A program made the position numbers and the translations under genes. A DNA stretch of 64,000 nucleotides from Carcharhinus longimanus (lineage: Eukaryota): the NCBI GenBank assembly GCA_030264375.1, contig JASCQW010000162.1:45044001-45108000 (forward strand), in the 5' to 3' direction. Under the pieces are notes generated by a model. It worked only from the letters and a program-made list of their open reading frames with translations. It made no database searches and was not told the DNA's origin. Of this stretch, positions 27,146 through 37,460 are shown piece by piece. Every line of letters starts with the position of its first letter. The stretch's first letter is position 1.

Positions 27146-27151
27146 TTTATT
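27146..27151 (-). terminator. Candidate proximal polyadenylation signal AATAAA
   Basis: Plus-strand tttatt ~925 nt after the stop codon; hexamer only. Confidence 0.35.
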
Positions 27152-28075
27152 TCTGAAAAGAAAAACCCTTTCTTCATATTACTTGGTCCTTTGTTTGAAT
27201 AATTTTGATCTATTCATTCGCAGAGAGATAGAAACCAGAATGGCTCTTATGGTAAGCGTGTAGATTTTATGAAGAAAAGCTGATTGTTTAGATATTGTTT
27301 TGGCATTGACTACTATTTCAAAATACTTCAGTTGTAACAGTTTAAACTATTTACATGAAAACAACTCTTCAGTAAATCAGTGAAGTATGCCCTTAAAGTT
27401 AATTTTGGAACTAAGCCACATAGGGATGTCACAATGTAATGAGAATCAATGAGGCATTGTTGACTCAATGAGTATTGTTTCGTACACTGGTAATCAGCAA
27501 ACAGAAATTAATACAGTAAATGGCTACCACAAAGTAGATAGGATTCCACTAGCTCGGTGGTTCACACTTAAAGAAATAGGGTGTTTAAAAGAAAAATTGT
27601 TTTTCTTCTTTGAGAGTTGTCCGTATGAAGACTTACTTGAACGAACTAATGTTCACTAGTAGAGTTGGTTGTAAATCAGTCTTTCACTATAATCAGGTTA
27701 CACGGAAATGATTAATATTGAATGCTTGAGAAATGCACAATATTTCATTATTGTGGCAAGAACTTGGAAAAAGCTCTTACTCATCATCATTTACTGAATG
27801 TTTGCCACAAATCCTGTGTGGGCCCCAAATGGAAATTAACTTTCTCCTTCTTCTCTGAATAGAAAAGCCAATGTCTAAAGGCAACAGAAGTAATATTTAT
27901 ACCAAAACTTAGAACAAAGGACTCTTCCTTTGATCACAAATGAAAACCATTATCAGAGAAAGACAAGAGTTGGCTTGTTTCTGGGGAACAGATCCAACCG
28001 TTGTGGGTACCATAGTCCCATTATGTTTGTGGGTCCAGAACAAGGGTCGTTTCAACTTTTTATGGACATTTTCAC

Positions 28076-28110
28076 TCATGCTATATCTGGCTTCAGATAA
28101 TGAAAGGCAC
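28076..28110 (-). CDS. pax3: Pax3 exon 9 coding part (terminal exon, PAX3d-type C-terminus)
   Basis: ttcttttacttccattacag|GT GCC TTT CAT TAT CTG AAG CCA GAT ATA GCA TGA = (S)AFHYLKPDIA*. This is the mammalian PAX3d C-terminus and distinguishes Pax3 from Pax7. Phase 1 fits the exon 8 donor. Confidence 0.97.
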
Positions 28111-29129
28111 CTGTAATGGAAGTAAAAGAAACTTAGGAATGCTTCTTGTGACAACATCGTAGCAAGGGGCCATGTCAAATGCAGGTACAATGTTGTCAGG
28201 GCTAATCATGACCTGCCAAAACTATGAGGGTTACTTTGTTTATATTAGGACAAGCTTGACAGTACCACACGGATCCAGGAATATTGTCCAAGATGATGCC
28301 TGATTTGGTTTTTATCGGAACATGTGTTTTTAATAGTGACATTCCAGTGGCTGTTTTATTTTTTGACAGACCTTGGCCTTAGGTTCTATATAAATGGCAA
28401 GCATATATTAGGTCTCGGCAATTAATCATATCAAGATGCTGCTGACTGCACTGAAGATAATTACATATAGTGCTTTAACTCAGCCTGTCAACAAAATTGT
28501 TTTATTAGAAATAGGCAGAACTTTTAAGTGCGTGGCATTTTTTTTTGTGGATATTTTGTACCCATTATCTGAACAATCTAACTCAATTTGTGGACTTTCC
28601 AGAGAGCCCATTATGTTGAGGCTTCTTCGTTCTAACATGAACTTTTATTCCATTTGTGCAAACTCTCTTTTTTACACCAAGAGTCACACTGTAATCGCAA
28701 CCACAGATCTATTCGGCTTCTCAGTTGTGGAGGAAGGAAAGTTTAAGAGGAAAGATTTACCAATTAATGTGAACGTGTCATCTGCAGCAACTTCATAAGT
28801 ATAAGATAAGCATAATGTGCAAAAATCGTTAACCAGTTGAAATGCCACTCTGCGCACTGGTTAATGTGTCCTCATCAATTTCTTCTTCTTAATGGAGTTG
28901 TAAACCTGTTGATTTTAAAGGAGTTGGTGACTAATCAAGTTGAATTTGACTGAATGTATTAACCAGTGCAATAATAAAAAAAGGCAGAGAGATTTCAATT
29001 CCATCACTGAATTACTGAATAAAACATAAAATAAGTTGCCATTTGTTAAATTCCATTCCAGTGAAAATTAGAATTTAAAAAAATGGCGTGAAGTTTCTGA
29101 TTGTGTACCAGCTAAAACAAATATTATGT

Positions 29130-29497
29130 CATGTAGTTTTTAAGTCTTGACAGAGTGGATGTGGAGTGAATGTTTCCTCTTGTGGGAGAATCTAGATTTA
29201 AGGGTCACTGATACAAAATAAGGGGTCACCCATTTAAGACAGAGATGGGGAGAATTGTTTTCTCTGTGACTCATGAGTCTCTGGAACTCTCTTCTTCAAA
29301 AGGCGATGAAAGCAGAGACTTTGAACATTTTTAAGGCAGAGCTGGACAGATTCTTGATTAACCAAAGGGTGAAAGGTTATTGGGGGTAGGCAAGAAAGTG
29401 GGGTTGAGGTTACAATCAGCCATGACCTTGTTGAATATCATGGGCAGGTTCGAAGGGTTGAGTGGCCTACTCCTGCTCCTAGTTTGTATGTTCATAT
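29130..29497 (+). mobile_element. CR1-like LINE 3' end in pax3 intron 8 (antisense to the gene)
   Basis: gtcttgacagagtggatgtggag..tgtttcctcttgtgggagaatctaga..tggcctactcctgctcctagtttgtatgttc. Confidence 0.85.
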
Positions 29498-30372
29498 AAA
29501 AGGAATACAACATGCGCTGCCTGGACTGTCCAGTCCCACCAAAATTCAATAGGCTTTTGGCTGGCTGTTGGGTCTCACGCTGCGACAGGACTGGAAAATC
29601 CCAGCCGATGTTGACTAAGCTGTAGTTAGCATAGTTCAAAGTAAGCATTTGGTTGAAAAAAAAACTGGCTTAAAAATATGATAGGGCAGCCTTTAAATAA
29701 TTAAACAGCAATGTTCTTCATTCATTAATTAAAACTATACCCCAGCTATTATAAGAAATAAAGTATCATCTGGCTGCATGCTATAAAAGACAGATGTTTA
29801 CAGCCATGAGATTAAAGTATTTTCTTGGTAACAGATTTTTGGCAACCTAATAGAACTAGAGGGGGGAAAAGCTGAATGTAGTCTGGCCAGAATGTGGTAG
29901 CTTCCAATGTCTAGAGAATACTATCCTAACACAGGGCAAAAATGTTACATTTTCAGATACCACAACAGCGCAGTATAGAAAAATGTCAGCTTTTCTTTTG
30001 TTTTTCAAATTCAATCCAATTTAATACTGAAATGTCTCTACGGTGATATTGGTCCTTCCCCTCATCATGGCCTCTCTGAATCAAACTAAGATATTGACCA
30101 AATACTAACTATTTTCCTGTTAATGTTTGCATGCTCTGTTTGTGCATATGGCTGGGATGTTGCACTATGTGCCAAAACATACTAAGTCAGCAATATATTT
30201 TGCAATAATTTCAAAACATATTTGTACACATGACTAATAAGCCACTCTGAATTTCACATTCATCATCAAAGTTTGTACACTGAGTCACACATTTTAATAC
30301 AAATCGAAGAAGGATGGGGTGGATAGGCATTTTTATAGCTAAAGCTATTGCTTAGATTTACATGGCACTTAC

Positions 30373-30619
30373 TTTGCCCATATTGTCCATACTGGTAGCC
30401 TGCCACTGATTCCATGCTGTAACCTGAGGAGCTGTAAGTGGATGGGCAGTATGACTGGGTGGTGGGCAAGCTGTCAAGAGGTTTCATAGGGTTCAGCCGC
30501 TGACTGCAGCTGGCAGAAACTGAAGTGGAAGGTTCCAGACCTCCAGTTAATGGTGACAGAGCATAGTCAGTTTGTGGTTGGTGCGGAACACCACCAGGAT
30601 TTGCCAGGAGTCCCATTAC
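30373..30619 (-). CDS. pax3: Pax3 exon 8 (transactivation domain)
   Basis: ttttcag|GTA ATG GGA ... GGG CAA A|gtaagt encodes [82 protein letters not shown](S). 247 nt. Confidence 0.98.
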
Positions 30620-31749
30620 CTGAAAATGCAAAATAAAGGCACTGTTAATAATATAACAGGGTCAAACCTATATTTTATTTGGATCATGCATCACTCTTTG
30701 CTATTTGTACAATATTTTGGAACCTCATCTCACTCATGCATTGAGATTTTAATCTTGGTAATGTAATCTGGCGCAGCACTGCAATGAAGTTCACACAATA
30801 CAAGCACAATAAGAATTACAGATCATATCCACAGATGGATTTTCCATCCTATATTTCATTTTCACTTCAAACCAGGAGAAAAGAACAATGCGATCTGATT
30901 TCTAATATGAGGAAATGGTGCAGGACACAGGATCAGTGAAAGAAGAGCAGATTTGATTCTGATGGAGGATGAAGCTGACATTGAGGTCTGGATTTTCCTA
31001 CACTATCCCACCTCACATCAGGCAAGCCAGGCATCGAAACAGTGAGGAAAAATTAGGTGGTACGGCCTAACATTGCCTCTTGTTCCAACATGATTTCTTT
31101 CCATCATCAATCTTTGGCATCGTTGGTTGTCTTTTCCCTGCACCTTGTATGTAAAAGCTAAAGGAGATTGTCCTTTTTACTCTTGCCAATCACTTTTGTC
31201 ACTTTTCCCCCACATCTCCATTTGAAATTTCTGCGGTTAACAGAGGAAAAGCCGCAAAATCCCCTGACAGAGGAAAAGGGACTAGGAAGACCTTTTTTAC
31301 CCTCCATTTTCATTTACTCCCCTACCCTTCAAAGGTCTCAGCCCCAGTTGTGATTAGTTGCAATCTTGCCCTTTAAAATCACCATCCACTTCTTTTGGTG
31401 CTACGCAGGTTATCAGACTGCAGTATTATCTGGATTTTCTGGGTAGCCTCTCCTGAGCTGAGCCTTTCCTACCATTAGTGGATAATAATACCTGACCCAT
31501 AATATCGGACTATGATACCCTGGGACAGCTGGTAGAAGTCCTGCCTCAATTAATTAGAGACATATCCAAAAAAATTCAGCCCAGCACAATGCCAGAACCT
31601 GAATCAACACCAAAGAAATAGGCTGAGTGGTCTTCACGATAATATTTTCTTCATGTTCTCTTGTGGAGCATGTAGAAAAATGAGACTGGTTGTTAATGAG
31701 TGCAGTATCGGTGTGTTCAAAACTGTAAGGGCTAACATAGGACTGGGGA

Positions 31750-34700
31750 AATAGTACCACCCACATTATGATGTACAGAGTCACATGGGAGTAGTACAGT
31801 GTAGCAGTGAGTCTAGTAGAAATTAGACTGAAGATAGCACCTAGTTGGGACTGTACCGTGTGTACGCATGTATATAGTAATGTGTTATTAATAAACAGTT
31901 ATTGTTTAACCATACAAGCCCCAGACCTCTTCACGAGTCAGCACACAATTTTACAACAGGAAGGCAGTAGGTGAAGGACCCCTAAACCCCAAAAGAATGA
32001 AGAAGTAAAAAACTGCAGTCTAGCCTAGAGGGCAGTGTGCCTAACTCGAACACACAACTGGAGATCGCATTCGAAGCTTCATTACAAATGTGGAGGCTGA
32101 AGGGCAGAGAATATCTGTTGTGCAGTTTAAGAGGTCGCTGCCAAAGCACGTGGAAGTCCATTTCGAGGTCCAATCAAAAGTAGAGTCAAAGGACCTGGTC
32201 AGATCGGAAAACGGTGAGCAGCAGCCAAAAAAATAAGCTTTTAAATTTTCTCCAAAAATCAGGTGGCACTGGTAGACCAATTGCTTTAATAAGCGTGGCT
32301 TGAGAAATGCTGTAGCTGGGACCACACACGAACAAAAAAAGTTTAAAAAGAAGTCAGTGCAAAAGAGTTTTATTTTGATTTTCCAAGTTTAGGAAAGCAA
32401 CCAGCTGGCCAAAATAATCAGTTCAAATATTTTCTGCATAATTGCTGAAGTTCAAAATAGCTCTGTAACCAGAATGGGAGTCCAGCAAATCCTGACAAGT
32501 GCGGAAAGAGAAAAAAATGAGTGCCGTTAAAAAAAATTAAACCTGTATTCCCCTGTGCTGAAAAAAGCCTTGGATGGTAATTCAACACTGCCAGACTAAT
32601 TAAGGCAGATGGAAGGGCNNNNNNNNNNGGGCTAGACCTGGCACAAAATTGGGTGTTACTGGGAAGATTTTAAGGTATACTATATCATCAGGTTTGAATA
32701 CAAAAGCAGAGGGTGAATAAGTGAATACATTATTGTATTCAATAAGTTGAATAGCCAATGACATAATTGCCAAATGAGGAATAAATTAATCTTCCAATAA
32801 CTTTGAAGAGGTCATGAAGTCCTTTGACACCTACTTTAAACTAAGAAGTAAAAAAATTTTGGAGCAAGCAAAATTTAACAAGGGACTCCAAAAACCAGGG
32901 GAAGCAGTAGACTCTTTTATAAATGAGTTATAAAATTATATTTGTTTTAAGACTGTGACTACGGTGACCTTTAGCTGGAGCTCATAAGAGGTCGAATAAT
33001 ACTGGGGATGGACGACGATACTCTTCAGATGTACTTCAATCTAAGGAAGTTCTGATTTTGGAAAATGTCATCCAAATGGCCAGACAATCGAAAGTCTGCC
33101 AGCAAAACCAATCCATTTTGCTTGGTGAAGTTAAACCATGGTACAGAGCAACGCCAACAGTCCAGCTCATAAAGCAAAAGGACAGGAAGACTCCACTTTA
33201 AGGAAAGCAATACTGAAGCAAAACACAAGATGGTGGCAGAACATGTCAGCACTTTTGGCATCAAAAGACCTCACAGGAGCATTCACTGTTCAAAGCTTTC
33301 GCTGCAACCGCCTGGGATATTTTTAGAAAGATGTGCCAATCCAAAATTTCAAAATGTTCAGGGGATCCCTATCAAGCCATCCAACAATACTTCACAGGAG
33401 AAGTTAAGGACCCAGATTCACATTTTGAAATGTTGACGTATCTGTAAATTTCAATGACCAATTTCAAGTTAAACACAGGAGCCAGTATGATGGTCCCGTC
33501 AGGTCAGGAACCATGACTAAAAGACCTCTGGCTAAAGATGACAGACACACCACTGTATGGTTCTGGAGGAATTCAACTACCTGTCATTGGCATGATTCAA
33601 GAGCCACCCTGGTATGGCAATAAGCAATTAATTTAAAATTCTCTAAGTCATCCACATTCAATCCTTTTTGCTTCAGAACAGAGATGCCTGTGTTCCCTCA
33701 ACCTCCTCAAAACAGCAGAAGACACCAAAACAGCCATGTGGTCAACAGCACTGAAATGGAGACTCCCCAAAGGTCCACTAGTGTGGATGATCTCAACTGG
33801 GTCTTCAGTCTGGGACTCGCTCTTGGCAATTATTCCAACTCCTTTGCACTTGGCAGAAAATATTTTTCTTTGGTTAGACCAGCCAAACCTCCAGATGAGC
33901 ACCAAAATGCTTAAAAGAGAAGATATAGAGGAGAAAGAGGAACATTAGAAGGTTGCGTCTGAATTTCAAAGTCAAACAGTTGCAACCACAGAACGAAGAA
34001 AAATTACAGCAACAAAGCTGCAGCTTCAAGCTGACAGGTACCATAAGACCATAAGATGTAGGAGTGGAAGGAGGCCATTTGGCCCACTGAGTCTGTTCCA
34101 CCAGTCAATCAGATCACGACTGATTGGATAGGACTCTCCTCAACTCCACTTTCCTGCCTTATCCCCATAACTCTTGATTCCCTTACTGATTAAAAATCTG
34201 TCCACAACATGATGTCAATCCTGTAGCAGGAGAGAAGTAACCATCATCACACCAAAACAAAACTCAAGGATGCATAAGTACACATGGAGAAACAGAGCAC
34301 AGCATTAGAAACTAAATTGCAGGTTAAGGAATATACAAAGAAAAATGAGGTAAACTTTCAACTTCCAGGAAGAACATGGACCCTATTGAATACCTGTGCC
34401 ACTCTATGAATGAACAGAGTGGAACATTCCCTCTGGAAGGAGAGGATTAAATCCAAGGTATCTTACCAAGGAAGGCAGAAAAATACAACATTAAGGAGCG
34501 CAAGAAGATACAAATCACATATTGACACCTGAAACACCAAGTACTATAACTTCAACTCCAGATCAACAGAATCAGCCCAAAACAACCACAACTGCAAACT
34601 TGAAAAGAACAAGATCTGGAAGAGCCATAAAGCCTCTAGACTTTCTGAACCTGTAAAATCCAAGACTTTGAAAGGGAAGTGGTTGTATGTAAATATTATT

Positions 34701-34936
34701 GTAAATACATTTGTGTAAAGACTTGAGGGAAAGGTGTAGTATTAAAGTGCACTGGTGTTCACATTATGATGTAGAAAGCCATAAGGGAGTAGTAGAGTGT
34801 AATGGAGAGTCTGGTAGAAACCAGCATAGAGATAACACCGAGTCAGGACCATGTGGTTGTGCTTTTAATGAACAGTTATTGTTCAATCATACAAGCCTCC
34901 AGACTACTTTATGAGGCAACATACAACTTTACAGCA
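31750..34936 (+). mobile_element. Internally deleted Gypsy LTR retrotransposon in pax3 intron 7
   Basis: Two ~200 bp LTRs (~31750-31958; 34735-34936, TGTAGTA...TACAGCA), with polypurine tract gagggaaagg at 34725-34734. Gag remnants FDTYFKLRSKKILEQAKFNKGLQKPGEAVDSFINEL and CDYGDL*LELIRGRIILG, knuckle FRCNRLGYF, protease FKLNTGAS (~33465), integrase tail RTRSGRAIKPLDFLNL* (~34605-34655). Confidence 0.85.
34040..34205 (-). mobile_element. CR1-like 3' tail nested inside the LTR element
   Basis: cataagaccataagatgtaggagtggaaggaggccatttggccc... Confidence 0.75.
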
Positions 34937-36444
34937 ATGAGTGACTTGGAATTTTGGCAGGTATCCATGTCGTCGTGCCAAGATGTTGAAGCCAGGAGTA
35001 CACACAAAAGTGAAGAAAAAAGACGAGCTGATCCATCAAACTTGTTCGTTTGACTTTGACACACATCACCCTATCAACCCTCCCCCACCTCCATCCCAAA
35101 CTCACCCATAACAAGGAAGAATCGCCACTTGAACTAAACTAATGTTTCTATATTTTCCAGATGTTGATAATTTAAGAAAGACTGTTGGATAATACATGAT
35201 TGGTTTGTATTCAAGGTCAACTTCTGTGGTTCAAATTGCTGACTTTAGAAAACACTTTTCAAATTGCATATTTTTTAAAAGAAATCCTAGTTTCAGGTGA
35301 AACTTTCAGACACAAAAGTAAAAGAGAACTCCTACAGTTTTCCATCAATTTTTGAACAATTACAGTGGATTTTTTTTTGCTTTAACTTTGCACAGTATCA
35401 TCTTGCATTAACATAAAAAGCAGCACTCAAAAATAAAATTTCTACAGCTTATAGATACATACAGGGCAGTCTGCTGAAGACTAATTCCTTGTCAAAGGCA
35501 ATTTACATCTGTGGACCAATTTTGGGATCAAATAACAGTGAAAAGGTGAAATCTTCATAAGAATAACTTTAATTGAGAGTAAGTTTTTTGCTCCAGAAGG
35601 AACAATGCTACTTTTTCTAAACAGGAACTCGATATACTCCACTTAATATTTCTATAACCTAAGGCGTTGGTGGTATTCTTTCAATTGTATGAATCTACCC
35701 ACAGGCAAAACCTTAATATGTTTGGAGGAATGCCAGCGAAAGGATTAAATATTTTAAAGTTTCCTGTTGCTTAAAAAAGTCAGTTTGTGGCCCTGAATGT
35801 CCACCAGCGCAATTTATTAAGTGCTAATTGTTCTTTGGCATTGTTCGAGCAGGGAAAACTTGCAAGGAAGACTTTGCAACCTCAATTTCTGTGCAAGTTG
35901 TTAAATGCTGCTGCATAAACGACCTACCTTGCGGCCTGGATATTTAAGTGACTGATTGTAAAATCAACACATTCAATTTTAAACGTGTCTCTGTTTCCTA
36001 ATCAGCGCAGTTAGACCAAAATATGTGCACTTGGCTTTCTATAAACTAAAAATTCAATTTAAAAAAATTCAGAATCTTTGTACTACAATCAGATCATTCA
36101 ATTGAAGTGAATGTTAAACAAAATTACATATTTACACAAAATTGTTTGAACTTTTAAATTGAACCACTCCCTCCAGGCACAGTTTTGATAGTGGATTAAA
36201 CATATTTAGTTTGCTGAGGATTAAAATGAGATAAAATGGGAAACTTTGATGCTCAGAGGAGGATTGTATATTTAAGTGTCGCGTTTGGAGTCTAGATACC
36301 AAATTAAGCAGTCAATTGGAGCTGACTTCCTATGTTGAAATTCAACGTTTGAATGAGGATTTTACTCATAAGGTGAGATGAATCTCCCCGGAGCTGATTT
36401 TGTACTCTTAATTTTTAATACTTTTAGCAGTTGATGTTTTTACA

Positions 36445-36635
36445 CCCCCTTGGGCTCAATTGATAAATACACTACCCAATACAGATCAGCAAGATCTTTG
36501 ATCTTTGGTGTTTATTTGGTTAACTGATCTCAGCAGGGAAGTTGTGCATTATAATTGTCCACTGTGCCACTGGAATAGATAAGAGATTAGGGGCGGCTGG
36601 TATGGTCAAGAGAAGGTACTTTGATCCTATCATTT
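36445..36635 (+). mobile_element. AmnSINE2-like relic (5' part)
   Basis: tgggctcaattg..cagatcagcaagatc..ggttaactgatctcagcaggg..tataattg; resembles the recalled consensus GAGTTAGCTGATCTCAGC. Confidence 0.45.
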
Positions 36636-36789
36636 CTCGTCGGTCCTTTTGTATATTCAGTCACAGGATGTTGCCAGCACTGGAAAGGTCAACACTTATT
36701 TACAATTCCTAATTGCCCTCCAGAAGGTGGTGGTAAGTTGCCATTTTAAAACTGTCACAGACAGTGAACTTGCTCCCATAGATATGTTA

Positions 36790-37119
36790 GAATCAGAGAG
36801 TGGAAGCACTGATTCCCTACTGTGCAGAAAGAAGCCATTGAGCCCATCAAGCCTGCATCAACAACAATCACACTCAGACCCTATCCCATAACCCCATGTA
36901 TTTACCCTGCTAATCTTCCTGATACTAAAGGCCAATTTAGCCTGGCCAATCAACCTAATCCATACATCTTTGGACTGTAGAAGGAAACTGGAGCACACAG
37001 AGGAAACCCAAACAGACATGAGCAGAATCTATAAACTCCAGACCAACAATCAGCTGAGGCCAGAATTGAACCTTGGTCCCTCGCGTTGTAAGGCAGCAGT
37101 GCTAACCCCTGTGCCACCC
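36790..37119 (-). mobile_element. HE1-like SINE inserted into a LINE 3' region
   Basis: ctttggactgtagaaggaaactggagcac..aggcagcagtgctaacccctgtgccacc; LINE sequence like that at 24630-25010 flanks both sides. Confidence 0.85.
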
Positions 37120-37349
37120 TGATTAGTTAGGCAGGGACTTCCAGGATTTTGATTTAGCAACAATGAAGGAACAGTGATTTATTTCCAAGTTAGGATGGAT
37201 CATGACTTGAGTGGGAGCTTGAAGGTAGTAGCATTCCCATGCAGCTGTTCTTATCCCTTTGGAGATAAAGTGTCTCTTTCAACAGCTGAAGGAGGAACCT
37301 TGATGAGTTGCTGCAGGACATTTCATAGTTGATACACTATGCAGACATG

Positions 37350-37460
37350 GGCCAAGACTTTCCAGCTTAGCCCACCTTGGAATCATCTGGTTCTTCAGAA
37401 AGTCCGCTGCATCCCCCACAGCGGGTCCCGCCACAGTGGGGGGAGCAGCAAATTCCAGCC
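37350..37460. mobile_element. 111 bp MITE with 3 bp target-site duplication
   Basis: ATG|ggccaagactttcc...gcaaattccagcc|ATG, interrupting a LINE remnant. Confidence 0.7.

Larger units (their letters stand above)
26165..28075 (-). other. pax3: pax3 3' UTR (long form, 3' end approximate)
   Basis: AU-rich stretch with no recognisable repeats, running from the exon 9 stop to paired AATAAA hexamers. Confidence 0.7.

Noticed and set aside
27909-28190. 93-aa minus-strand ORF across exon 9
   Set aside because: It is a different frame spanning intron, exon and UTR; the phase-compatible frame is AFHYLKPDIA*.
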